From Camelus dromedarius (lineage: Eukaryota), in assembly GCF_036321535.1 (NCBI RefSeq), contig NC_087436.1, positions 63,118,001 to 63,182,000 on the forward strand: a stretch of 64,000 bases of DNA, read 5' to 3'. Below the pieces are notes generated by a model that worked only from the letters and a program-made list of their open reading frames with translations, was not told the DNA's origin and did not search any database. The first letter of the stretch is position 1. Each line of letters opens with the position of its first letter. The position numbers and the translations under genes were made by a program. Positions 51,951-64,000 of the stretch are shown here, piece after piece.

Positions 51951-53669
51951 TCATTCTTCAGAAATGAGGCCAAAACTTTGGTCTACTAATTTGAAGTTAT
52001 CACCAATCTACTGCAATGAGCCTATAGTTTGAACCACACAAAAATAAGACCTGGCCAGAGCATAATCCACAACCTTGAAGATATATTTCAGTATTTTAAA
52101 AAATCAAAGATCTGATTTACTATACAGAATCTTAAAAAAAAAAAAAAAGCGGGGGGTGTGGAGTTAAGAATGTGACTTCCATCAAGTAAACTAGCCACAC
52201 TCCTTTGTTTCTATCACATCTCAGATGTCAAAGTACAAAAAGAAAGCACAAGGGTAAAATATAAAGCCAAGTTTACTAACTCAGCTCTAGTGAAGCAATT
52301 TGTTGAGTAGTTCATTGATATGAAAAGGTACAAATTTTTTCTTAAGTGCTAGAAAGGGACACACACAGTGGTCAAGGTAGTAATGCTAGTTAAGGATTGG
52401 AAACTAGCATTCAGATAGGATGAAATGGATGCACAGATCTGTATCTAGTGGATTAAAACAAATTCCACTGTTTATTGATCAGGAAGATGTTTCCAGACAT
52501 GTCCAATGACAGTCTGGTCTACTAAGTTAATTAATAATTTAGTTCTTTAACAGCTTCAACTTGTTAGATCCATGTGTAATGAAATACAATATTCATTTTT
52601 GTATCATTTAGGCAAGTACTACTGTAATCATAAAATCTCCTTTTAGACTCATAAAATTACAGAGAACAGACATAAGCTAAATTTGAGGTAAATTTCTTTT
52701 CTTGCTGGAATGTTTTAAAGACAGATGTTCATTTATACCAGCAAATCATTTTCACTTCTTTGTCCTCCTGAGGACCAGGACTGCTGGTACTTCCTCAGAT
52801 TGTGTAATTGAGTATTTACCTCTAATCTTATTAATTCAATATTCATGCAACCATTCTTCCATCCAGCACTTGAAAAACATGGTGTTAAAAGCTAGCGGAA
52901 CTCACAATGCATGGCCTTGTTTTTCCCCTTCTAATTTCATTATTTTAGTTAACCCTTCTTTCATCTACCATTTAGAAAGCAAGGTATTAAGACCTGGAAG
53001 AAAAAAGTTATGTGAAATACACTATTCGTGTCTTCAGGGAGTGTATCTTCAAGGAAGGGGACACGAAAATTATCATTCAGAGGCTATTTTTATATTATAA
53101 CATACATGGGAATGAAGATAAAATAGAATGCAGAGGAAGAATATCAAATAAGGCCTGGGTGAGAAGTCAGAGGAAGCTTCCTTCTAGAGGTTAACACCTT
53201 AGCTTAGTATTCTCTTATATAAGGAGTTAAGTGGAGAGAGGGAGGAAGAGTATATAAAAACACAAAAGCCACTAAGTAAGGGAAATAATTTAGCATTCAT
53301 CCTATTATTCTTATAGTCGATGTAGGAACTTTTTGTACAAAAGAAATTTATAAATGCAGAAGGAGTAATAGAATTAGAAGCTCATTTTGCAATTACTAAT
53401 TTTTTTTTTTTATGGAGTCACAGATCTGGCATTAATGGCTGCAACAGTAGGTGAAAGACTGTAAGAGAACAATCAAGGTGACCTTACTCAAACATACTGG
53501 TCAAACTGAACGTCAGTGAGAGAGACACAACCAGACATTCTGTCCTTCCCAATATTTAAAAAAAAAAATTACACAGCACCACCGTTAAGAAACACTTTAA
53601 GAAAAAGGAAGACTTCATCCAGTCAAGTTCAGGCTCTTATTTTATTGTCATTTTATAAAAAATATATGA

Positions 53670-53885
53670 ACTCTGATGCCTGGATTTGAATCCCAACTCT
53701 ACCACTTTAATGCATGTGCTTGAAAAAATACTTTTGTACTTTGGTTTTCTGACATATAAAATGGAATAATAATTAACAATTCAAATGTACAGTGTCTTCT
53801 AGGGGTGTCATAAAAAGTCAATGAGATAATTCAAGTAAAGCTCTTACCAACACTGTTGTCTATCAGTAATTACCTATTATTGCTA
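53670..53885 (+). mobile_element. MIR SINE
   Basis: tgcctggatttgaatcccaactctaccactt...ctttggttttctgacatataaaatggaataataat. Confidence 0.7.
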
Positions 53886-55471
53886 ATTTCTTTTTTATTA
53901 GAAGTCAGCTAACCTTACAGAATGTAGAACCTAACTGGAGAAAGAGGAGTACACTGGCAATTTTAATGGAACAGAAAAGCTCCTATGAGGACAATAAAAG
54001 AATAGAAAGTAAATATAGAGCATATTCTCATTATCCATTCATTCTGAATCCCCACAGCTATGAGGTTGAGAAGATAAACAAAATTTGCTATCGCATGAAA
54101 ATAATCACTAAGGAATGATACTTTATAAAGTTATTCTTTAGTAAAATACTTCCCTGTCCCCCTTGTCGGCCACTTAACATTACTGAATGTCCTTGCTCCT
54201 CTCCTCAAGTTCTTTACCAATAATTCTGTTCACTAACAATAGTGTCCTGTAAACATTAGTCAACAAAATGCAAATATGATGCAAATTAATTAGAAAGTGC
54301 AAGTGCATATCTTGCAAGAACCACATTTTCAATATGTCAATAAAATTTTGTTCATAGACTATTCCAGTCACATACAAAGCCACTGCTAAATGAAGGACTT
54401 TAAAAAGTTTAGCAGCTAACAAATGGAAGAAAATATTGATACAAGTTATGATATGTTAGTTATTTCAAAACAATGTTTTAGCAATCAAGAACTCAGGTAG
54501 CCTTTTGGGTAAAAGTGAGAAAACTTCATTTATTTTAATAAAAGTGACATTCCTTTTTTTTTTTTTAGTACTGTTAACTAAAGACTTTATTAGATTTTAT
54601 TAGAATCTCATCAGTTTCCCCCACAATAGGCTATTTTTTTTGCAAGTTAACCTAACTTAATTTTTTTACATTTTTTATTGAGTAATACTTATTTTACAAT
54701 GTTGTGTCAATTTCTAGTGTAGAGCACAATTTTTCAGTCATACATGAACGTATATATTCATTGTCACTTTTTTTTTCCGCTATGTGCTACCACAAGATCT
54801 TGTATACTTTTCCCTGTGCTATACAGTGTGATCTTATCTATTCTACATTTTAAAATCCCAGTCTGTCCCTTCCCAACCCCCGCCCCCTTGGCAACCACAA
54901 GTTTGTATTCTATGTCTATGAGTCTGTTTCTGATTTGTATTTGTTTTGTTTTTTTTTTCCCCTTAGATTCCTCATATGAGCGATCTCATATGGTATTTTT
55001 CTTTCTCTTTCTGGCTTACTTCACTTAGGATGACATTCTCCAGGAGCATCTATGTTGCTGCATATGGCGTTATGTTGTCGGTTTTTGTGGCTGAACAGCA
55101 TTCCATTGTGCAAATACACCACATCTTCTTTATCCAGTCATTTGTTGATGGACATTTAGGCTGTTTCCATGTTTTGGCTATTGTAAATAGTGCTATGAAT
55201 ATTGGGGTGCAGGTGTCATTTGGAAGTAGGGTTCCTTCTGGATATATGCCCAGGAGCAGGATTCCTGGGTCATATGGTAAGTCTATTCCTAGTCTTTTGA
55301 GGAATCTCCATACTGTTTTCCACAGAGGCTTTCCTTGCTTCCCTCTCCCACTCTTAATGATTTAGATGTCTTCTTTTACAATTTTGTGTTTATTCTTTTT
55401 GTAATTCATGGCAGTTATCTCCTTTCCAGTTATGAGTTTCTCATTTTTGTAGCATCCTGCTTCTTTTCTAT

Positions 55472-56368
55472 TTAGAGTAGACCTGTCAATATTTCTTTTA
55501 GCATGGGTTTAGTGTTGTTAAACTCTTAGTTTTTGCTTGTCTGTGAAGTTCTTTCTCTCTCTTCCTATTCTAAAGGATAGCCTTGCTGGATAGAGTATCC
55601 TAGGCTGCATCTTTTTTTCATTCAGGACTTTGACTATATCTTGCCACTCCCTTCTGGCCTGTAATGTTTGTGTAGAGAAATCAGCTGAGAGCCTTAAGGG
55701 GGTTCCCTTGTAACTCACTCTTTGTTTTTCTCTTGCTGCCTTTAGGATCCTTTCTTTATCCTTGACTCTGGCCATCTTGATGATGATATGTCTTGGTGTG
55801 GGTCTGTTTGGGTTCTTCCTGTTTGGGACCCTCTGAGCCTCCTGTACTTGGATATCTGATTCCTTCTTCAGGTTTGGGAAGTTTTCAGACATGATTTCTT
55901 CAAATACCTTTTCAATCCCCTTTGTTCTTTCTTCCCCTTCTGGAATCCCTATTATGCATAGATTGGCATGCTTTATATTATCCTGTAGGTCCCTTATATT
56001 GTTTTCATAGTTTTTTATTTGTTTTTCTTTCAGCTATTCTGATTGGGTGCTTTCTGTTGTCCTGTCTTCCAGGTCACTTATTCGTTCCTCTGCATGATCT
56101 AGCCTGCTTTTGTACAGCCTTTAGGCAGCTCTCATCTTAGCAAATGAGTTTACTAATTCTTGGTTCTTCTTTATAGCTTCTATTTCATTTTTGACATATT
56201 TTAGATCTCTAAAACACTTTCTTTTAGTTCCTTCAGTACTTTGATCACTCCTTTTTTGAAATCTTGATCTAGTAGGCCATCAATGTCTATTTCCTTGATC
56301 ATGCTTTAAGGGGATTTCTCTTGATCTTTTAATTGGAAGTGGTTCCTCTGCTTCTTCATATTGCTCAT
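55472..56368 (-). pseudogene. Disrupted L1 ORF1p
   Basis: Starts MSNMKKQRNHFQLKDQEKSP then a premature stop; ORF 55518-55892 gives ENFPNLKKE...RPTPRHIIIKM...ILKAAREK...LSADFS...ARREW...YPARLSF, the ORF1p RRM/CTD motifs. Confidence 0.9.
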
Positions 56369-56369
56369 A

Positions 56370-57702
56370 TCTCTCTGGCACTGTGGCTTAAGGAGTATTA
56401 GTTATCTAGTTCTCCTGGAGACGGTGTGCTCTTAATGATTTTATTGAGAGGTCTTTGTGTCTTTACCCTGTTTCACGAACTCAGCTTGCTGTTTCCAGAG
56501 GCCCTCTGTTGGCGCCCTCGTCTGTGCTGCTCCTAGTCACTTTTGGCTAGCAGATCGCGCCCCCTCCCAACACTGGGTCAGGTGCTGAGCTCTTACCAGG
56601 TGGGTGGGCAGGTCACTGCCTCTCCAGATGCCACAGTCAGATGCTGCGCTCGGGCGAGGCAGGTGGGCAGATCGTGCCCCCTCCCAGCACCGTGGTCAGG
56701 TGCTGCATTCCTGCCAGGAAGAGGGGTGGCCGCCCGCCCTCTCCCGGCGCTGGTGGCTCTGCTGTTCTGTGTAGCTGCCCGCTCCACCTCGTATCGGCGC
56801 TCTGCAGGCGGGCTAGGGGAAGACCGCAGAATGGCCCAGCTCCTACACCATGCCAAATCTCAGCACCTTGTTTGTCTTGGCGGCGTGAGGTCTCTGAGGT
56901 GCCAGGGCAGAAAGATCCTATCTGCCTTGGGCTGTAAACAAGTCTCAGTCCTGCCTAGGAGGTTGCGGAGCCCTCCAATGCAGATTCAGGGCTCAGCCTT
57001 GTCCCCACTTGGGCGCTGCGCACAGGAGGAGATGGCGGCTGTGGCTGCGCCTTGCCCCACTTCTTGTGAGAAGTGCCGGTAATGGGCCGCAGGTCTGAGG
57101 AGACAAAGGCTACGGTGCCCCTCCCATCAGGGCACACCAGCCATGTTGCTTTTCTTTTTTTGCAATTTATGGGGGACTGAGGTTGTTCTGCTCCATATCC
57201 CCTCCTAGCCATGGCGTGCAGCACCCTGCAGTCCCCTGGGGCTGCCTCAGTGCAGCCGCCCCAGTCTCCACCCGACTCGGGCGGCCTCTCCCAGCCCCCA
57301 GCTGCCGGCTCGCATCTCAGGCTGGATGTCGCGGGGACCTTTTGTGCCCGTTAACTCAGTTCTGTCGGTCAGGGGGTGCTCGGGGCAGTTCTGAGCCTTG
57401 GAGGCTCCCCCTCCATCCCGCTGGCCTCTCTGTTGGAGGGGGGAGATCCAGTGAACAAGCACCAGAGCTCCTTTGCCACTCCCTCCCTGCGAGACCGGTC
57501 CCACACTGTTTTGCTTCTCCTTCTTTCTTTTTTCCTTTTTTCCTACCAGATTTTTGGCGTCTTTGTCTTTTAAAGAAGGTGATGTTTTGTCGGAGTTCCG
57601 AAGGTGCTCTGGTTGGCTGAGTAGGTCTGTAGATGTGAGATTTGGTGTATTTGTGGGAGAGGGTGAGCTACAGGCGTCCTTCTACTCCACCATCTTGCTT
57701 CT
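56370..57702 (-). promoter_or_regulatory. L1 5'UTR internal promoter, CpG-rich island
   Basis: The only strongly GC/CpG-rich stretch in the window; YY1-like aagatgg near the 5' end. Confidence 0.75.
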
Positions 57703-58039
57703 CCCCACAATCAAAAATGACATTCTTTATGATCCTTTCGTAAAATTTAAATTGTAATAAAGGATATAATTTCACTATATTAAAAAAGGTGTCAGAAAAA
57801 TTCTATGCAAAAAAGCAACACTTTTAAAATGTATTTAAGAATGAGAACAGTTTTCACATATGCTAAAATTTGTTAAAATCTATAAGGAAATAAGCTATGT
57901 TTTTATTTGTTACTATCATTGCAATTCTCTATTAGCTTCCCCCACCATCCTACTCCACTACTGCCTCTCCTTGGCCACTATTTTCTGTGAAGTTTTGATT
58001 CCAGCTTTAAATGGATTTACTTCAAGTGTCTTTTTTCCT

Positions 58040-59300
58040 GTACTAAGCATCCTTTGATAACGAGGAGCTCCTGTGTGTGTCTGTTCCAGATACTATAGTA
58101 GGTACAGGACTGTTCAAAAAGAAACTTGACTCAGATTTGGAGCAGTATGTACAGCTTCCCAGAGAATTCTTGGGTGCTATGCTAAGGAGCTTAATCTTTA
58201 TGTAGTCATGCAGATTTTTAATCATGGGCACTGCATACTCAGGTTCATTTCATGGAATGAGGTTGTTTGTGCCTGCCCCTCAGCTCACTTCCAGACATTG
58301 CTGCAGCAGAAAGCTTTGCACAGGTATTATGGATAGTACCTTGCTCAGTTTCACTATAGCACTTGCTTTCTATATCAGGGTCTTTCTGAAGCCAGGCCTT
58401 TGGCCACCCGAAAAAACACCCGGTACTCATGCACACATAAACATGGGAGTTCTAAAGAGTAAACGCTCCATGGACTAGCACTTGACCAAAGAAGACAGGA
58501 ACCAGTGGATAAGTGCCCCCTTGTCTATCTTTCCAGCAGACAATTCTGAGGCCCTCAGGCTGGATAACTCACCTGTGCCTTGGCTTTTCTTCTTTCCTTT
58601 TTTATTCTTTTCACTAAAGATCATGCTGTCAGATTAGCTTCCTTTCCCTGAGACCCTTCTGAAGGGAGCTCATAGAGAGGAATAGGCCCCATCTTAAAGA
58701 ATTCTAATAGAGGAGAGATAAGAATGTGTGTAGTGGTTATCATAATCCAAGAAAATGTGATAGAAGCCTGAACAAAGGTCATAGAATAGTTGTGAAGAGA
58801 TGGGGTGAATTATCAGAGATATTAAGGAGATAGATCCAATCGTAATAATTCCCCTAGACTGTAAGGAGTGAAGGGGAGTATGGATCTAAGAGGCCTTGAA
58901 GAACATGGGAATGTTTGGCTACATCATGAAAAACAGGAAAGAGTACACTGGGGAAAAAATGATGAATTCAATCTGAACATGTTAATTTTGTGTTCACTGT
59001 GTGTTATCCACCTAAAAACATTTAGAAGGCAGTTGGATATGACTATTTAGAACTCAAATGACTTCTGGGTTTAGAGATCTATTTAGGAGACACGGACATA
59101 CATAGTAGGTGAACTCGTGTGCAGATGAGGTTATCCACAAAATACACAGACTATGGTAAGCAGAGTCAGGAAGTGAAATCTGAGGAGTAAAATCAGGGAG
59201 AAGAGAAAGAGGACCTGAACAGCAGAATGGGAGGAAATTACAAGGGGATTCTCCTCCAATGAAATTATCACACATGCCAAAAATGTGCAGAAAAACAGAG
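58040..59300 (-). mobile_element. L2 fragments interrupted by an ERVL LTR
   Basis: gatgaattcaatctgaacatgttaattttg...ggcagttggatatg...gggtttagagat; ctatgctaaggagcttaatcttta. Confidence 0.65.
58225..58670 (+). mobile_element. LTR16-like ERVL LTR
   Basis: cttgaccaaagaagacaggaaccagtggataagtgcccc...gcagacaattctgagg. Confidence 0.6.
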
Positions 59301-61559
59301 TTTACAAAACTAAGAAATTTGAATTCATATCATGGATGATTTAAATAAGTCCACCTGACGAAATATAGATTTGCTTTTTGTGAGCAAATCAGATTTGAGC
59401 ATCTTATATCAAGTATATTGTATAATAAAGTTTTTCAGCAACACTGATTGGGGAAATACTGTATTTGATAATACTGGCATGAGTCATGATAATATACTTC
59501 ACTATTGTCTTATTGATATGGGTTTATTATATATATAGCTGTGGGAATTTTTTTGGTGGTGTTTAGAAGGGCTTAGTGAGAATAAAGGTGAATTATGTAG
59601 TTATGACCGTGAGAAAGCTACAGAATGATAATTATAATTACAATCAGCAGTGCAACCAACTTTCATCAGTGGCATGTTTGATTTCCATTTGTAATGTATT
59701 AGAACAAGTATTTTAATTAATCCTGAAGCAATACAATGGAAAAACCACCCTTGCTATTAGACAGCAGTTGTTCGACGGGAAAATTATCATTACAAAAGGA
59801 ATTTTGTAATTGGACTATATAATTTCATTATAATCTCTATAATTGCTTGAGTATAATTTATAAAGTATAAATACTGCATTGTTTTAAGACTCTAAACTTA
59901 TTTTTGCATACTTATTGAAAATCGTGATAGTTCAAACTTGGGAAAAGTATTATTGAGGTATAGAAAGAAGAGCAAAATAAGTCAAGGTTTTGATCATGAT
60001 ATATTGCCTTTTTCTGAGCAATTTGTTTTTGTCTAATATCAAAAATGTATCAAAGCTTTTATGGTAATCTTCCTCTTCTATATAATGTGATATTTAATAC
60101 TAGTAGTAACAGGCTAATAGCTGAAATACATTTTGTGGTTTTAAATCTATAAGTTCATAGTTTGGGTCATAGCCAGGAATATATATATCTTGTGCAAAAA
60201 TAAATCTTTTTTTTTTAATTCAGAGTTTTTAATGTTAAATAACCACTGGGTGATATCCCTACTTTGGAAAAATGTGAAGTTAAACCCTCAAATTTGTGTT
60301 ACTTCTATACCATATTAAAAAATGCTAATTATTTAAAAATACAGCTGAACTGTTATATCTAGAATGTTTTAACAAGTTTCAAATTTATTCTATATACTTG
60401 ACTTCAATAATATGTAAACTATTACTACTTAGTGTTTCATATATTATGAAGTTAAAGTCCCTGGTTTCTATTTATCATGAACTTTCAACAATCTCATAAA
60501 ATATGAATCAGTTTTGAAAATTTGAAGACTAAAACTTCCTTACCTCCTAAAAACAATTAGTCCTATCCATCTCTCTCTCTCTCTCATATCCAGTACAGTG
60601 CTCTCCCTAATATCCAGTACAGTGCTTTGAACAAAGCAAATGACTTGGAATTTTATACTGAATTTATGAAAGAAAAAAAAACTCTGTATTAAGTGAATTC
60701 AGACTGTATAACAGGGATGAGTGACCACTGACACTAAATATTCAATGAAAAATATGCATACAACCTGCTATAAACATATTTTTCAAAACTAGTTGACACT
60801 AACTTTAAATTTATTCTTTATATATGAGAGTTTGACAATGGAAAATTTCATAAAACACTACAATTGGCTTTTAGTTCTTTTCCATTTTCTGAATTTTTGT
60901 CCAAGTGATTCACTCTAGGATGTTCACGATGACTTGAAGCCATCTGAAAGGGTGCATTCATGGAGAGCAGCCCTTCTCTGGGTTGCCCTCTGCCTCTGAA
61001 GTGAAAACTGCCTTCTTTTATGTTGCTTTTATTTTAGGGATTTGAACCTTCTCAATAAAGTTAATCTAATAAACTGATCTATGCTAAAAGTAAATGCAAT
61101 CTTCTTCTCTACCCACGGACAGATGTTTTAACAGGTGCTTTCCAGAGTCAATAGCTTAACCCCAAAAGTATTTCTGATGGTGCTAATTTTCAGGATTCAT
61201 GTTATAATAATGGGGAAATCTCCTGAAAAGGAAAAGCCTAAGTAATATGTCATGGTTATCTTTAAATATTATAATCTTCTATAGAGGAAAATTAATATAC
61301 TTATTTTGAATTGTTATAAAGATACAATTATTGGCAATATTTACCTGGAAAAAAGTATGTTCAAGAGTTTTCCTTCATTAGAGCTAACCTCAAATGGTGT
61401 GTTGCCTTATCGGAAGTCTGTCTCTTTAATGTTACTTTGTTTCTCTAGATCTCATCCATGATCTTTTCTTGTACTATGAATTCTCCAAGGAAGAAGTCTT
61501 GTCTAATAAGTCATTAACCAATTTATATTTTACCACAGAGTTCTTTGTTTTGATTTTCA

Positions 61560-62510
61560 GGTGTATATCATCGAATCTCCTATCATTTATATCTTATTGA
61601 ATGTTTTGAAGACTTCTCAAACTTGAAGTATCTTAAGCTGAATTCACTATCTTCTCACTTTCATTATTTAAAAAAAAACCTTCTTTATTCTAATAAATGA
61701 CCCTTTCACCTACCTCAGTGCCCAATCAAAATTCTAGAATAGGTTTTCAGCGTAATAAAGATGTAAAGAGGCCAGCATTTGAATGAAGGTGGACTACCTA
61801 AATTTGAAGATTTACTGACTGGGTGACTTGGACAAGTTAATGAAGCCCTCTGAGTCTCTTCACCCATATACAAAATTAGAATAATAGCTTTCACAGATAT
61901 TTTAAGGATTAAAGGAGATAATCCACATAGAGCACTTAGCATATGTTATTACCATTTAAACAACTTCTCATATCGTTTCTTTTATCTAATCAGTTATAAC
62001 TTACAGAATTTTTTAAAATATTGATTCTGTCTTTCATTGTATTTTCTCTATCCAGCCTCTGACTAAATTTCTATATGGACTTCTGCTGCTGGTCCTCTCA
62101 CATATATTTAATAACTCATCCCATCAAATCACTTGTACTTACTTGAATATGCTTTTTCACATCTCTACAGTTTGCACATAATATTCCCTTTTTATGGTAT
62201 TCTCTTTGCCTTATTTCATCTAAACAAACAAACAGAAAAACCCTGTAACCTTCCAAACACTGTTCTCTTGTCTCTACGCTGGATGAGGTCCCTTTTCTCT
62301 ATGCTCTCATAACTTTGTGGAAAATATCTTATCTTGTATTTATCATGTCCTGGTGTTATTATTATTTATAATGTGCTATTATAGTTTGTTATGACATGTT
62401 GGCATTTGGTAGTTCCTCCATCAGACTGGGAAGACCATAGCGGCAAAAATGGGATGTTCCAAGTGTCCATCACAGTGCCTGGCACTTCATAAGGGTGCAA
62501 TAAATGTCAA
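61560..62510 (+). mobile_element. L2 fragments, with MIR nested at ~61755-61950
   Basis: cttctcaaacttgaagtatcttaagctgaattc...; MIR core gggtgacttggacaagttaatgaagccctctgagtctc; L2 end cacagtgcctggcacttcataagggtgcaataaatg. Confidence 0.7.
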
Positions 62511-64000
62511 AGGAATTTTGTATTTATTCTACTTATTCAGCTCAGCATTACTGAGTTATAAAGGAAAATACTTCACTGTTGGACTGTTATCTGAGATCCA
62601 CAAAACTGTTACTTTTCACTCCATTGCACCCTTTGATGTTTAGTTCACTGGTGATACTGTGATAAAACTGTTTTAAAAACCAAACTGAATACAATACAGG
62701 AGGCCAATGTTTTTCTCACCTCATGTGGACATCACAGGCTCTCTGCTGACCCCCCAGAAGATGTGCCAGACAGACTGACCCTGTTATCAACATCTCTGTC
62801 ACAGCATCTTAACAGTACACTTCAGAAGCTGCAGATATCTTCATAGTTTACACCTCTTTTTAGATTTTTCACAGTTGAGACTGCTATGTGTCAGTAATAT
62901 TCTTCAGCTCTCTTTATACATTTTTTTGTCCAAAGCGTGACAAAATGCCTAGTGGCCCATAATTTGTTGACTTGTTCTGTGAGTAAATATGGAAAATCAT
63001 AAGCAGAAAAGTATACATTTATTCTCTCATTTCCAAAACAAGAACTTTTAAACATTGCTTTGTAAATCTGCTCTAGTGCTATATCCAATTGAAAAATTTA
63101 GACTGTATATCTGATCAAAATCTGAAGAAGACAAATTTTAAACTCAAAAACATATTTATTGTCAGAATTTTCCTGAAAAAAATTAGGACTGTAATCTTAT
63201 CCATTACAAATAATAATTAATGTACAATCTACATTTATTCAAAGGGAGACAGAATTAGTTGTGATTCATCTAATTAAAATTTTTAAGACTCATTAAAAAT
63301 TTTATTTTTAAATTTATAATATTTCTTTATATATTTGGAATCAGCATGGTAAGGGCTTTGGTCATTTTCAAAATTATTATTTATAATTCCAGATTTTATT
63401 TTTACTATCAGGAAGAAAATGATTATTTCTGCTTTTTCTTTTTTCTAATAATCTCAACATTTTAGATTAGCAAAACTAACAGCTGAGAGACAGGCTACTT
63501 AGTTCTCAACAAATTTTTTTGACCTCCTTCAATTCTAAGGAGATACTGGAACAGTCTGAACATCTTTTTAACACTGAAAATACTTTCAATTCAAATACAA
63601 TAATAAAAGGATAGGAAGGCTCTATAACAATGAATAGAATTTTTTTAATAACTTCCCTTCTGCTGGTACTGATTTATCCTACTATCAGCCATGGCACATT
63701 AATATATTATTCACTAATGTGCTACTAGATTTGAATTGTTCATATTATATTTAGGATATTTGCACTGATCTTTGAATATAAAACTGTTCTTGTTTTTACT
63801 TGTATTTGTGAATCATAGTTATTCTTGTACCATAAACATCCTCTTTTATATTCTCTGGAATATTGTTAGTGGAATTGGAATTATTTTTTTCCTCTGGAAT
63901 ATTGTTAATAAAATTCAAATGATCTTTTTTCCCCTAATATTTGTTTGAACTGAACTGACACATTTTTGATGGGTAGTTCTTGGATAATTTTCATGCTATA

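Larger units (their letters stand above)
54634..57702 (-). mobile_element. Young L1 with 5'UTR, ORF1 and 3' end but nearly all of ORF2 missing (junction at ~55329-55330)
   Basis: 5' end gagaagcaagatggtggagtagaaggacg at ~57700; CpG-rich UTR; ORF1; inter-ORF sequence joined directly to the ORF2 C-terminus (ctgtggaaaacagtatggagattcc); 3'UTR and poly-A. Confidence 0.92.

Noticed and set aside
52400..52560. Possible CR1/L3 fragment
   Set aside because: Similarity too weak to support without a profile search
52702..53194. 132-aa and 60-aa ORFs
   Set aside because: Non-ATG starts, random composition, and overlap with a probable L2 remnant
56543..57757. Cluster of longer GC-rich ORFs (up to 179 aa)
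   Set aside because: They lie in the L1 5'UTR, where high GC suppresses stop codons; no recognisable protein
1..64000. CRISPR arrays, operons, rRNA/tRNA/snRNA genes, NUMTs, ERV coding regions
   Set aside because: No regularly spaced repeat-spacer array, long ORF, RNA-gene signature or mitochondrial-genome-like tract was seen; the sequence is mammalian repeat-rich DNA

Overview
This is AT-rich, repeat-dense placental-mammal genomic DNA, either intergenic or deep intronic. I found no intact protein-coding gene or RNA gene; the ORF-track entries are L1 remnants, low-complexity sequence or chance ORFs. The young L1 3' ends resemble camelid L1s as I recall them, and I saw no Alu, B1/B2, Bov-A/BovB, PRE1 or CanSINE, so a camelid host is a tentative inference. 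Much of the window is recognisable transposon debris: L1 of several ages, L2, MIR, L4, MaLR/ERVL LTRs, and Tigger and hAT MITEs. The most informative items are: (1) a near-full-length processed pseudogene of ATP5MJ (ATP synthase 6.8 kDa proteolipid) on the minus strand at ~36.78-37.15 kb, missed by the ORF track, with 5'UTR, AATAAA, A-tail and TSD; (2) a young ~3.07 kb L1 that keeps its 5'UTR, ORF1 and 3' end but lacks nearly all of ORF2, joined exactly at an AG (possible spliced or non-autonomous L1); (3) two independent 5'-inverted L1 insertions whose inversion points fall at almost the same ORF2 position; (4) several repeat-free, motif-rich candidate enhancers. Repeat family names come from recalled consensus similarity, not a database search, and most boundaries are approximate.
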